Source: a candidate division WOR-3 bacterium | GTDB taxonomy: Bacteria > SDB-A | Direction: 5' to 3' | DNA length: 64,000 nt | Assembly: GCA_016934535.1 (NCBI GenBank) | Contig: JAFGSQ010000016.1 | Coordinates: 70,685-134,684 of the forward strand | Shown here: one piece after another, positions 27,541 through 37,039 of the stretch | Layout of the letters: every line of letters begins with the position of its first letter | Position numbering within the stretch: position 1 is the stretch's first letter | Notes under the pieces: model-generated | What the model was told of the DNA's origin: nothing | The model's database searches: none | What the model saw: the letters and a program-made list of their open reading frames with translations, nothing else | Made by a program: the position numbers and the translations under genes

Positions 27541-27784
27541 TTTTCGCCGCTTTCGCCATTTTGCTTTTAAGCCTGGCGGCCTTGTTTTTGTGATAGACAT
27601 TCTTCTTCGCCGACTTGTCTATCAGCGAATAGGCTTTAGAGAGATTTGCTTCCTTTTCCTTTATCTCTTTTGAAGTTTTGATTTTTTTAGATACGGTCTT
27701 CACCTGGCTTTTCATGGCGCGGTTTCTCAGGTTGCTTTTCTCGTTCTGCCTTATCCTTTTTTTCTGCGATGCATGTCTCGGCAA
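27521..27784 (-). CDS. rpsT: 30S ribosomal protein S20
   Basis: The Lys/Arg-rich 87-aa sequence (SQKKRIRQNEKSNLRNRAMKSQVKT...NKAARLKSK) matches the S20 pattern. Confidence 0.8.
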   Translation of the reverse strand: MPRHASQKKRIRQNEKSNLRNRAMKSQVKTVSKKIKTSKEIKEKEANLSKAYSLIDKSAKKNVYHKNKAARLKSKMAKAAKISKTDS

Positions 27785-27811
27785 TTTACCTCCTATTTAA
27801 AATTTTGAATA

Positions 27812-28540
27812 TTATAATTTAATTTCGTGTTTTGTCAAATTCATAAAATATTCTTTTTCCTTCCCGCTGAGAATCCTGTATTCTCCGGGTTTCATATTCC
27901 CCAACAGCACTGCGCCGTGACGCGTTCTGACAAGTCTTCGGACTGAAACCGAAAAAAAACCCAACATTTTTCTTATTTGCTTGTTGTATCCTGTCTTGAG
28001 AGTCAGTCTTATAATTCTTCCATCCGTTACGACTTTCTCAAACTTCATCAGCTTTCCTTCGATATCGATGCCTTCAACGCTTTTCACGATCTCTTCCCTG
28101 TTCAACTCTCTGTCAAGAGTAGCCTCGTATTCTTTATCGCAGCCGAACGACGGATGAGATGCTCTGTGAAGGAACTGACCGTCGTCACTGATTATCATCA
28201 GCCCTTCGCTCTCTGCGTCAAGCCTTCCCGCCCATTTCCATCCTATCCCGGAGGGGAGAAGGTTTATTACACTTTTTTTTCCGGGAGCGTGCGTGCAGAC
28301 GAATCCTATGGGTTTGCATAAAACGCCGTAGGAATATTTTTTATCAGGATCACCCGTGAGCTCTTTCCCGAAAACTTTTACTTTGTCGTGAGACAAAATG
28401 TTCTGCCCCAAAACGGCTTTTTTCCCGTTGACAAGTATTTTACCTTCCGAGATCAGAAAATCCGCTTTTCTTCTGCTCGCGACGAATCCCTCAATGACAA
28501 GAAAGCGGTTGAGCCTCAATTTATATTTCTCAGAATACAA
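27812..28540 (-). CDS. rRNA pseudouridine synthase (RsuA/RluB family)
   Basis: It has an N-terminal S4 domain and the catalytic motif GRLDAESEGLMIISDDG. Confidence 0.8.
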   Translation of the reverse strand: MYSEKYKLRLNRFLVIEGFVASRRKADFLISEGKILVNGKKAVLGQNILSHDKVKVFGKELTGDPDKKYSYGVLCKPIGFVCTHAPGKKSVINLLPSGIGWKWAGRLDAESEGLMIISDDGQFLHRASHPSFGCDKEYEATLDRELNREEIVKSVEGIDIEGKLMKFEKVVTDGRIIRLTLKTGYNKQIRKMLGFFSVSVRRLVRTRHGAVLLGNMKPGEYRILSGKEKEYFMNLTKHEIKL

Positions 28541-29202
28541 AACGGCGTCATTTCAGCACCCTGCCCCATGGGATTATCTTTCATCGCCGACGAGAGTCTT
28601 TTCCTGTCAATACCATCGGAAGCTCCGAGAACCCAACTGCCTCCTATATCGTTTATGTCCATGACGGCTACTTCCACAGCGAATTTGGAAGCCAGGGCGC
28701 GGGCGTTCTCTTCCGGATCCAAAGGACCTTTGATTACGCATTTGGTGTAAGGTTCGACAGGAGAAGTGAAAGCGGCGTCAACTGTCGCCGCCTGTTTGCC
28801 TGCCACCATGTAAAACATTCCCTTTTTCCCTAAAATTTTTGTGACACCGCCTGCCACCGCCGCTGCAATGATTCTAATAGCACCCGTTTCGTCTATGGCG
28901 CACTGCATGCTGGTCGGGCTCCTGAGTCCTATGCCGTAAGGGACTTTGCCGACCAATCTCCACATGACTCGGGCGAGAAATCCGACCTTTATCTCATCGA
29001 CAGGCACAGCCCTGCCCTGAGTTATCGCCAAAACGCTCTCAGCGATTACGAGGCAATCGCCTTTTTTAAGATGTCTTCCGGCGTACCTGTTGACGGCTTT
29101 ACTAATGTGCATCTTCTCCGTGATCAAATCTGTCTTTACAAGAAATCTTCTGTAGCCTTTTTTGGACTTTACTTCTTTAATATTTCCTGAAATTAATTTC
29201 AA
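28516..29202 (-). CDS. CofE-like (F420-0:gamma-glutamyl ligase family) domain protein
   Basis: Its motifs are collinear with the CofE fold: GDCLVIAESVLAITQGRA and DINDIGGSWVLGASDGID. Confidence 0.45.
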   Translation of the reverse strand: MKLISGNIKEVKSKKGYRRFLVKTDLITEKMHISKAVNRYAGRHLKKGDCLVIAESVLAITQGRAVPVDEIKVGFLARVMWRLVGKVPYGIGLRSPTSMQCAIDETGAIRIIAAAVAGGVTKILGKKGMFYMVAGKQAATVDAAFTSPVEPYTKCVIKGPLDPEENARALASKFAVEVAVMDINDIGGSWVLGASDGIDRKRLSSAMKDNPMGQGAEMTPFCILRNIN

Positions 29203-29699
29203 CTCTGTGCCGCGATTTCATCCATCGAAGGCAGGTCTTCGACAGAATTGAGCTGAAAAAATCTCAAAAATTCCTTTGTAGTCGAATAAAGAGTGGGTTT
29301 CCCGGGAGAATCAGCTCTCCCTGCCGCGTGGATCAGGTTCCTTTCCAACAGCGTTTTTACGGGGCTGTCACAGCTTACGCCTCTTATCTTTTCGATTTCG
29401 GCTTTCGTCACGGGTTGTCTGTAAGCTACCACAGCGAGGGTTTCCAAGGCTGACTGGGTAAGTCTGGATTCTCTTGTCCTGTCGAGTTTCGACACCAGCT
29501 CCGCGTACTGCGGTCTCGTGTACATCTGATAACCGCCGGCTATTTCCAGAATGTGAAAAGACCTTTTTGTAGAATCGTAGAAATCGTTAAGAAAAGTCAC
29601 TGCAGTTTTTATCTCCCTTATCTGTGCGTCGTCGATGATGTTTTTCAGTTTTTCCACTCCGACGGGCAATTCCGAGGTCATGAGGACGGCTTCGACCAT
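29199..29699 (-). CDS. scpB: segregation and condensation protein B
   Basis: It has the winged-helix ScpB pattern (EAVLMTSELPV..., KAEIEKIRGVS, LLERNLI). I placed the start at the internal Met; the upstream extension of the ORF is probably not coding. Confidence 0.6.
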   Translation of the reverse strand: MVEAVLMTSELPVGVEKLKNIIDDAQIREIKTAVTFLNDFYDSTKRSFHILEIAGGYQMYTRPQYAELVSKLDRTRESRLTQSALETLAVVAYRQPVTKAEIEKIRGVSCDSPVKTLLERNLIHAAGRADSPGKPTLYSTTKEFLRFFQLNSVEDLPSMDEIAAQS

Positions 29700-29901
29700 C
29701 CGTGAAATTTCAAGAATTCTATCTTCGCTTGTGTTATCCAAATTTCCTCCGTAAATGAAAGAATACAAATAGTATTTTACATTATTTGTGTCAATAAAAA
29801 AAATATTCATGCACGCTTTATGTGCTCAAATTTTCAGATTCCAAGATACTGAAAAATATTATTTCTCTTCATTTCGTAACATAAGAAAATATTTTATTTT
29901 A

Positions 29902-29916
29902 GGCACGCTTGTTGCT
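29902..29916 (+). promoter_or_regulatory. candidate sigma-54 (-24/-12) promoter
   Basis: The sequence aGGCACgcttgTTGCt matches TGGCAC-N5-TTGCW, about 80 nt upstream of the ATG at 29995. Confidence 0.5.
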
Positions 29917-29994
29917 AATTATGAAATAAAATGGAGTTGAATTTTGGACGGTAAAAGATTAGAATTTAACACAAATAAATGTAAGGAGGAAAAA

Positions 29995-30423
29995 ATGAAG
30001 AAACTGACGATGTTGGCGATTTTGACAGCTGTTTTGTTTTCCACTGCATGGGCTAAACCCGCTACATCGAGTGAAGTGACTTTCGACTGGGCGGCTCTTT
30101 TTGTCATTGAAAGCGGCATTGACGACGTTGAAGCAGACGACGACTGGCTTCTCGATAATGACAGAGACGGCGGCTATGTTTACGAGACTCTGGCTTCACT
30201 GGTTTTCAGCTGGGATGAAGTCTCGGGCGGAGACTGGAACATACAGTTCAGAGTTAACGACGCCAACGGTGACGATATTTGGTCTGACGTCTTCTATTTC
30301 GGTTCTTCCGATGATTACAAAATTCAGAAATGGGAATTTGACGTAGACTATACAGGTACTTACGACGTTTATGTCTATATAAACGGTTACGAATGGTACC
30401 ACGGAACTTTTGAATCCAAGTAA
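29995..30423 (+). CDS. small secreted acidic protein with EF-hand-like Asp-rich loops
   Basis: It has a signal peptide (MKKLTMLAILTAVLFSTAWA) and a strong RBS (AAGGAGG). The DNDRDGGYVYE and DANGDDIW loops resemble Ca-binding motifs. I placed the start at the second Met of the ORF. Confidence 0.55.
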   Translation: MKKLTMLAILTAVLFSTAWAKPATSSEVTFDWAALFVIESGIDDVEADDDWLLDNDRDGGYVYETLASLVFSWDEVSGGDWNIQFRVNDANGDDIWSDVFYFGSSDDYKIQKWEFDVDYTGTYDVYVYINGYEWYHGTFESK

Positions 30424-30429
30424 ATTTCT

Positions 30430-30454
30430 GGCGGCGCTCAGGCGCCGCCATTTT
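30430..30454. terminator. bidirectional rho-independent terminator between convergent genes
   Basis: A perfect hairpin (GGCGGCGC-tcag-GCGCCGCC) followed by ATTTT lies between the 29995..30423 gene and murA. Confidence 0.6.
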
Positions 30455-31733
30455 AAACTCTCTTAATTTTCAGGCCAAGATCAGACAATCTTCTGTCTAT
30501 GTTCTCGTAACCCCTGTCTATCTGATGGGCGTTGCTTATCACGCTTTTTCCTTCGGCAATTGAAGCCGCTATGAGAAGCGCCATCCCGGCTCTTATATCG
30601 GGACTCGACATGTATTGAGCCCTGAGTTTTGAAGGTCCTGTGATGACGGCTCTGTGTGGGTCGCAGAGAACTATTTTTGCACCCATCGACACGAGTTTGT
30701 CTACGAAGAACATCCTGCTTTCAAACATCTTCTCAAAAACAAGCACAGTTCCGCGCGAACCGGTTGCAGTGACAAGAGCAATGCTGGTAAGATCCGCCGG
30801 GAATCCGGGCCACGGACCGTCTGAAACCGTCGGTATCGCGTCTCCGAAATCAGTTTTTACGGCGAGTTCCTGGTTTTCAGGAACAGTGAGAATTCCGTCT
30901 TTGAACTCCGTTTCAATTCCGAGTTTTCTGAAACTTATCAAAACCGGTTCAACGTGATCTTTCTGAAGCGAGTCTATTTCAATTCTCCCGCCAGTAAGAG
31001 CCGCAAGAGCGACTACGCTGCCTGTTTCGATATAGTCGGGGCTTATTTCGGCCTCCGCTCCGTGAAGAGAGCCTTCACCCGTTATTTCAAGCCTGTTGGT
31101 TGAAATTCCCGATATAGAAGAACCCATTTTTACAAGCATTCCGCAAAGATCCTGAACGTGCGGTTCACACGCGGCGTTTTTTATCAAGGTCGTGCCTGAG
31201 GCGAGAGAAGCCGCCATCAAAGCGTTTTCAGTACCCGTCACGCTCGGTTCATCGAGGAAGATCTCCCGGCCCATGAGTTTCTTCTCTGCTTTGAGAACAT
31301 AAGCCGATCCGTCCCATTCTATTTTTGCCCCCATAGATCCCAGAGAAACGAAATGAGTGTCCAGTCTTCTTCTGCCTATCACATCTCCTCCCGGGGGAGG
31401 GAATCTCACGTATCCGTTGCGCGCCAAAAAAGGACCGGCCAGCAAAATGGATGCTCTTATCTTTGAACAGATTTCCGGATCGAGATCGAAATTGGTTATG
31501 CGGCGCGAATTCAATCTCAGCACGCCGTCTCCTTCCCATTCGCATTCTGCGCCTGCCAAACGAAGAAGATCTATCATGTACTGAACGTCTCTTATTACAG
31601 GCACATTTTTCAGCGTGACCTCTTCTTCAGTCAGGCAAGCCGCTGCGATCATAGGCAGAGCGGCGTTTTTGTTTCCTTTGGGTTTGAAAAAGCCTTCAAT
31701 CTTTGAAGGGCCTGTGATTTCGAATGAATCCAT
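30453..31733 (-). CDS. murA: UDP-N-acetylglucosamine 1-carboxyvinyltransferase
   Basis: It is MurA/EPSP-synthase fold throughout (KNAALPMIAA, LRLAGA). Confidence 0.9.
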   Translation of the reverse strand: MDSFEITGPSKIEGFFKPKGNKNAALPMIAAACLTEEEVTLKNVPVIRDVQYMIDLLRLAGAECEWEGDGVLRLNSRRITNFDLDPEICSKIRASILLAGPFLARNGYVRFPPPGGDVIGRRRLDTHFVSLGSMGAKIEWDGSAYVLKAEKKLMGREIFLDEPSVTGTENALMAASLASGTTLIKNAACEPHVQDLCGMLVKMGSSISGISTNRLEITGEGSLHGAEAEISPDYIETGSVVALAALTGGRIEIDSLQKDHVEPVLISFRKLGIETEFKDGILTVPENQELAVKTDFGDAIPTVSDGPWPGFPADLTSIALVTATGSRGTVLVFEKMFESRMFFVDKLVSMGAKIVLCDPHRAVITGPSKLRAQYMSSPDIRAGMALLIAASIAEGKSVISNAHQIDRGYENIDRRLSDLGLKIKRV

Positions 31734-32812
31734 TATGATTCACCGTTTTCGTGTTTTTCCAGATGGATAGTCTGGGTCGGATAGGCAAATTCAATTCCCG
31801 ATTCACTCAGAAGCTCGAATGTTTTTGAGTTGATCCTCTGTTTAACGTCCATGTACTTCAAATAATCTCCTCCTTCGATGAAATATATCGCTTCGAAAAC
31901 AAGCCCCCAATCGGAAAAAGAACCGAAATGAGATCTGTCGTATATCGATCCTTCGGTATCTTCAATAGCTTTTTTAATCAGATCAGGTATTTCTTTGAGC
32001 TTTGCGAGCTGAGTTTCGTATTTGACCTGAATATTGAAAACGACTCTCCTTCTTTCCATTTCCGAGTAGTTTTTTATCACTGATTCGGCGAGAAATGTGT
32101 TTGAAAAAATCAGTTTCTCCCCGCTTATACTGGTCAGTCGCGTGCTCTTAATGCCTATTCGTTCAACGATTCCTTTGAAATCCCCGACCGTTATGAAATC
32201 ACCTATGACAAAAGGTCTGTCGGTCACGATAACGAAATAGTTGAAAAGGTCTCTCAATACGGCTTGAGCGGCAAGAGCCACAGCCACTCCTCCGATTCCG
32301 AGACCTGCCAGAAGAGTGTTTATGTCGAAACCGAAATTGTCGAGGACGAACAATAATCCCGCGGACCAGAGGGCAACTTTGACAAAAGGCATTAGCGGGA
32401 TCTTGGCGGCGCCCGTTTTTGTATCTCCGTCGTAGGATCTTTTCAGGAAATAGGAAACCGCGAAAATCAGAAATCTGACAACGAGAATAATGGCTGCGAC
32501 TAAAGATGTTTTATCTATAACTCTGCAGACCGTTTCAGGAAAGGAAAGAAATCTGAGACCAGCATACAGAACCAGAAAATACAAGACAGGGAAAAAGTGC
32601 TTCTTCAGCGTCTCTGATAAAAAACCTCTGTTTTCGTCCTTTTTTCTGAATATTATTCTCGAGGAGACTGCAAGCAGCATTGAAAGGACAACAACAAAAG
32701 ACAGTGCTGAAAAATAAGCAAGAACCGGATTTCCGAAACAGTTTCGGTTCAAAAATTCAGTCAAATTTGTCTCTTTTGCAGTTTTCGAGAAGCGATTGTC
32801 TGATCTCTTCAA
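31733..32812 (-). CDS. mechanosensitive ion channel protein (MscS family)
   Basis: It has three or more N-terminal TM helices and the MscS beta-domain motif (GDFITVGDFKGIVERIGIKSTRL). The 5' end overlaps the add gene, so the start is uncertain. Confidence 0.75.
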   Translation of the reverse strand: MKRSDNRFSKTAKETNLTEFLNRNCFGNPVLAYFSALSFVVVLSMLLAVSSRIIFRKKDENRGFLSETLKKHFFPVLYFLVLYAGLRFLSFPETVCRVIDKTSLVAAIILVVRFLIFAVSYFLKRSYDGDTKTGAAKIPLMPFVKVALWSAGLLFVLDNFGFDINTLLAGLGIGGVAVALAAQAVLRDLFNYFVIVTDRPFVIGDFITVGDFKGIVERIGIKSTRLTSISGEKLIFSNTFLAESVIKNYSEMERRRVVFNIQVKYETQLAKLKEIPDLIKKAIEDTEGSIYDRSHFGSFSDWGLVFEAIYFIEGGDYLKYMDVKQRINSKTFELLSESGIEFAYPTQTIHLEKHENGES

Positions 32813-33929
32813 ATCCGGGTTTTATAATCTTGTATATCAGGTGGTTTCTCTGCCTGTAAGGTAAAAAAGCCGACTTCATCGCGTTTACAGTCAATTTTTC
32901 GAGGTCTTTCATCGTCAGTCCGTAATGCTCCACGGCTTTTAAAAATTCACCGCTCATCGTCGTCTCGCTCATCAGAGTGTTGTCCGTATTGACAAAAACC
33001 CTGTACTCCATTTCGTGAAAATGCTTAAAGGGATGTTTTTCGTAAGATTCCGCGGCTTTAGTCTGGACGTTCGAAGAAAGGCAGACTTCGAGGGGAATCC
33101 TGTGATCGAGAACGTAACTCGCCACGGATCCGATTTTCTCGACTTTTCCTTCCGGTGAAATAATCATGTCTTCGATAAGCTTAGTGCCGTGACCTATCCT
33201 GTGAGCTCCGCAGTATTGGAGAGCCTGCCAGATCGAATCTACTCCGAATCCTTCCCCCGCATGGATAGTGATGTTGAAATTGGCCTTTTTGCAGTAATTA
33301 AAGGCATCCAGATGTTCTTTTGCCGGATAACCGGCCTCTTCTCCCGCCAGATCGAAACCGACAACCCCCTTGTCCCTGAACCTGACGGCAAGCCTGGCTG
33401 TTTCAAGAGAGTCTTTTCTGTGCCTCATCGCGCAGATTATAAGACCCCATGAGCAATTGTACTTTTTGCCGGCTTCTTCGAATCCGGAGAGGACTGCATC
33501 GACTATTTCATCCTCGCCGAGGCCTTTTTCCGTGTGAAGAACCGGCGCGAATCTCAATTCGCTGTAAACCACGCCGTCTCTGACATTGTCCTCTATGACC
33601 TCAAAAGCTGCTCTTTGAAGATCTTCGGAAGTCTGAAGCACCGAAGTCGTAATGCCGAAACCCTCCAGATACAAGGAAAGGGATCCTCTTCTCGCTCCTC
33701 TTTGAAAATACGATCTGAGTTCTTCGGATTCGTAATGAGGAAGCTCGATGCCGTTCTTTTTTGCGAGCTCTATGATGGTCTGCGGTCTCAGGCTCCCGTC
33801 AATGTGCTGGTGCAGATCCACTTTGGGAAGAGCTCTGACAATGTCATAGGAGAGAATGCTTTTCGGATGAATTTCTTTCTTGCAGTCCTTGTCCCATGTT
33901 GAATAGTTGAAATTTCTCGTTTTGAACAT
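32757..33929 (-). CDS. add: adenosine deaminase
   Basis: It has the PKVDLHQHIDGS metal-binding motif, the HAGE motif and other ADA-family features. Confidence 0.8.
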   Translation of the reverse strand: MFKTRNFNYSTWDKDCKKEIHPKSILSYDIVRALPKVDLHQHIDGSLRPQTIIELAKKNGIELPHYESEELRSYFQRGARRGSLSLYLEGFGITTSVLQTSEDLQRAAFEVIEDNVRDGVVYSELRFAPVLHTEKGLGEDEIVDAVLSGFEEAGKKYNCSWGLIICAMRHRKDSLETARLAVRFRDKGVVGFDLAGEEAGYPAKEHLDAFNYCKKANFNITIHAGEGFGVDSIWQALQYCGAHRIGHGTKLIEDMIISPEGKVEKIGSVASYVLDHRIPLEVCLSSNVQTKAAESYEKHPFKHFHEMEYRVFVNTDNTLMSETTMSGEFLKAVEHYGLTMKDLEKLTVNAMKSAFLPYRQRNHLIYKIIKPGFEEIRQSLLENCKRDKFD

Positions 33930-33933
33930 TTTT

Positions 33934-34614
33934 TCACCTCAGTTTTTCTTTCGCCCATTCTGCCTCCTGACTTTCGGGATATGCGTCAATAACGTCCGCA
34001 AAAAATCTTTGCGATTCGGACTCTATACCGGTGGCAAGTTTGCACAAGCCGCACTTATACAAAGCCGAAGGCATGAAAGGACTCAGTGGATAATTGGCTC
34101 TGAAAAGCGAGTAATTCGAGAAAGCATCATCGTATTTTTTCTGGTTGAATTGCGACTCCGCCAGATAGAAAAGGGCGTCGGAATTTTTCAGGCTTGCCGG
34201 ATATAATCTCAAAAAATCAACGAAAGCCATCTCGGCTATATCATAATTTCCCCTGGAGAAATCCACCATTGCTCTCTCAAAAGCCTGCTCGGAAGCAGTT
34301 CTGTCCGTATCGGACATATTCTGGATCCTGTGAGTCAAAGCGTCCAGCTGGCTTTTCGAAAGCTGGAGCGCCTGCCTCAGAGCTTCGATTTTTTCGTTCA
34401 GATTCTGCAGGTTCTGAAGATAATAGGCGTCGTTTTCGCGCTGATAGTGAGATATGTCACTCGTCGTCGAGTCAAGTGAATTCACTTTTTCTTCCACTCT
34501 AACCAGCCTCTGGTCCATCTCTCTGACCGTGTCCCTGACATAGTCGAAATCCTTCTTGACCGAACAAGACAGGACAGACAAGCACAAAAAAGCCGGGAAG
34601 AAAGTCTTTTTCAT
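33934..34614 (-). CDS. cpoB: Tol-Pal system protein CpoB/YbgF (coiled coil + TPR lipoprotein)
   Basis: It has a lipobox, an N-terminal coiled coil and a C-terminal TPR domain, and it sits immediately downstream of pal. Confidence 0.7.
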   Translation of the reverse strand: MKKTFFPAFLCLSVLSCSVKKDFDYVRDTVREMDQRLVRVEEKVNSLDSTTSDISHYQRENDAYYLQNLQNLNEKIEALRQALQLSKSQLDALTHRIQNMSDTDRTASEQAFERAMVDFSRGNYDIAEMAFVDFLRLYPASLKNSDALFYLAESQFNQKKYDDAFSNYSLFRANYPLSPFMPSALYKCGLCKLATGIESESQRFFADVIDAYPESQEAEWAKEKLR

Positions 34615-35117
34615 ATCTGCCTCGAAGGCCTGAATTCAACTCTTCTGTTTTTTGCCCAGACGCTTTCGCCCGTTCCTACGGCCGCGGGTCTTTCACGCCC
34701 GTAAGAAACAGTAATCAGCCTGTCCGGTGCTATACCGTAATTTATCAGATAGGCTCGGCAGGCGTCGGCTCTTTTCTGGCCGAGTGCCAGGTTGTAATCT
34801 GAAGTTCCTCTTTCGTCGCAATGTCCTTCGAGTACGACTTTGACCGACGGGTATTTCTGCATTTCCCTCGCGTTTTGTGAAATTATATCGCGGGCGGAAG
34901 AGCTCAATTCAAATGAATTGTAATCGAAATACACAGTTTTCAGTACAATCAGGTCTTCGGGGGCCGTCGTTGCAATTGTGTCGTTTTCTCCGTTGAGACC
35001 GTTTAATGTCGTGTCGATGATAACCGTGTCGTCGTCGTTTCTTTTTGGCGTGCAGGAAAAAAGAACGGCAATTGAAATTACAATAAAAACCGCAATAGAT
35101 GAATCCTTTAATTTCAT
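34611..35117 (-). CDS. pal: peptidoglycan-associated lipoprotein
   Basis: It has a lipobox (LFSCT) and the OmpA-like domain (YFDYNSFEL...LEGHCDERGTSDYNLALGQKRA). Confidence 0.85.
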   Translation of the reverse strand: MKLKDSSIAVFIVISIAVLFSCTPKRNDDDTVIIDTTLNGLNGENDTIATTAPEDLIVLKTVYFDYNSFELSSSARDIISQNAREMQKYPSVKVVLEGHCDERGTSDYNLALGQKRADACRAYLINYGIAPDRLITVSYGRERPAAVGTGESVWAKNRRVEFRPSRQI

Positions 35118-35132
35118 GTTTCCTCCATTTTT

Positions 35133-36377
35133 TTATTTCGACCAGGCGGGCATTACACTTCCCGGAGAAGAAACTATTTCTCTCACGAAAGTGCCGTCGA
35201 AATTCATAGTGTAAAGTCTGTCGTTTCCCGACCTGTTGCTCGAAAAAACAACGTGAAGTCCGTCTGGAGACCACGAGGGATCTTCGTTGTCTCCGACAGC
35301 CGTCAGTTGTCTTAAATTGTCTCCAGAAGGTGAAACACTGAATATCTGGAAAGACCCTCCTCCCTGCATTCCGACAAAAAGTATCCTGTCTCCCCTCGGA
35401 GACCACGCCGGCGATGTGTTGTAGGAACCTGTGAAGGTGATCTGCCTCGCGTTGATGCCGTCTCTTCCCGAAACGTAGATCTGAGGTCCACCGGCTCTGT
35501 CGCTCGTGAAAGCGATTTCATTGCCGGAGGGCGACCACGTCGGAGAACACTCTATCGAATGTGCGGTAGTGACTCTTTTGAGGTTGTTGCCCGGAAGTTC
35601 GAGGACATATATGTCAGTATTTCCGTCGATGTTCATCGCGAAAGCCAACGAACTCCCGTCCGGTGAAAATTCACCTCCGACTTGCAGGTTACCGGAAACG
35701 GGGATGGGTTCAAGTTTGCCCTGTGCCAAAGTAACTATTTCGGGTTTTTCGCTGACGTATGAAGTAAAAAGCAAACCTCCTGATGAGTTCCAGAAAGGAG
35801 AAATGTTTATGGACCCGTTGCTGACAAAACTTTCGTCGTTGAAACCGTCGTAATCGCAGACACGAACGCCCGAGGTCGAGTGGCCTCTTCTCGTATAGGC
35901 TATCCTGGTAGTAAAAATACCCTTTTCGCCTGTCAGGGCCGCTACAATGTCGTCTGAAAACTCGTGAGAGATTTTCCTTATCTGATCGCGCGATCCCGTG
36001 TACGTATTCTCGAAAATCGCACTTTCTGAATACAGGTCAAGAAGAACTCCTTTTATCAGAATCTTCCCTCCTTCTTCGGAGATCGACGCGATGGCGATAG
36101 CTTCGGTTCCCGTCGCCTGAAGCTTACTCCACCTGGGAGGCAAAAGGTCGCCAATCGTCAAACCGGCTTCTTGCGGTGTGACTATGGAAAAATAAAGGCT
36201 GTAAAGAAGGTCGGAACCGACAATCTGCTGGGACTGAGTCGCCGTTCCTGAAAGTTCTCCGGAAGAAGTGAACGGCATGATTATTATGTCAATTTGCTCT
36301 TTTCCGTAAGCTGTTATTCCGACGTAGATGTCACTCTGTGACAAAAACAGGTTCAATATCAAATACAAAGCAAACAT
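35133..36377 (-). CDS. tolB: Tol-Pal system beta-propeller protein TolB
   Basis: It has repeated WSPDG / SPxWSP propeller motifs and an N-terminal TolB domain. Confidence 0.85.
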   Translation of the reverse strand: MFALYLILNLFLSQSDIYVGITAYGKEQIDIIIMPFTSSGELSGTATQSQQIVGSDLLYSLYFSIVTPQEAGLTIGDLLPPRWSKLQATGTEAIAIASISEEGGKILIKGVLLDLYSESAIFENTYTGSRDQIRKISHEFSDDIVAALTGEKGIFTTRIAYTRRGHSTSGVRVCDYDGFNDESFVSNGSINISPFWNSSGGLLFTSYVSEKPEIVTLAQGKLEPIPVSGNLQVGGEFSPDGSSLAFAMNIDGNTDIYVLELPGNNLKRVTTAHSIECSPTWSPSGNEIAFTSDRAGGPQIYVSGRDGINARQITFTGSYNTSPAWSPRGDRILFVGMQGGGSFQIFSVSPSGDNLRQLTAVGDNEDPSWSPDGLHVVFSSNRSGNDRLYTMNFDGTFVREIVSSPGSVMPAWSK

Positions 36378-36394
36378 CGCTGTCTCTCCCCTGA

Positions 36395-37039
36395 TTACTT
36401 GTGTTCAAAATAAAAATGGACGACGACGGAATTTCCGAACCTTTCTGGCAGCGGAGGAAGAGGTGAAGAATTTCTGACAGCTCTGAGACCAGCGAGGTCC
36501 AGCGCCGAGTTTCCCGAGCTCTCTTCTATCTCTGCCCCGGATATTTCCCCGTTCGAATTTATTGTGAATTTTATAGTCGCTTTTCTTATTTCCGCTCCGG
36601 CACCTAGAGGGTCGGAATAATACCTGGAAACTTTTCTGACTATTGACTTGATGTAGGGATCTTCAGGTCCGACGCCGGGAATGTTTACGGATATCGGATC
36701 GCTTCCTCCCGTCGCGACCGGCAGGACGTTCTGCTGATCGGTCTGTGTTACGTCGTCTTGCTGAATGACCGTTGTCTGGTTCTGGTTGTCTGTCTGCAGA
36801 AGCGGCTGTGTTTCTGCAGTACTACCCGTGTGGCTTTGCGTTCTATCGCTGGAGGCTACCAGATTGACTCTGTATCTTACAATCTCAGTGACCACTGTAA
36901 AATCACTCATTTTCACGAAAACTGCTCCTGCCAATAATGCAAAAACTGCGTGTGCCGCGAATGAAAACGAAAATCCCTTGAACGTGTCAGCGCTTGACCG
37001 TGTATACAAGTTCGACATTGTTAATCCCTGCCTTCGCAA
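36395..37039 (-). CDS. tolA: TolA/TonB-like energy transducer (TonB C-terminal domain)
   Basis: It has an N-terminal TM helix, a Pro/Gln/Thr-rich linker and a C-terminal TonB_C fold. It lies between tolR and tolB. Confidence 0.65.
   Translation of the reverse strand: MRRQGLTMSNLYTRSSADTFKGFSFSFAAHAVFALLAGAVFVKMSDFTVVTEIVRYRVNLVASSDRTQSHTGSTAETQPLLQTDNQNQTTVIQQDDVTQTDQQNVLPVATGGSDPISVNIPGVGPEDPYIKSIVRKVSRYYSDPLGAGAEIRKATIKFTINSNGEISGAEIEESSGNSALDLAGLRAVRNSSPLPPLPERFGNSVVVHFYFEHK

Noticed and set aside
29700-29810. N-terminal 37-aa extension of the scpB ORF
   Set aside because: It has low complexity (YLYSFIYGGN) and is not ScpB-like. The internal Met aligns with ScpB N-termini.
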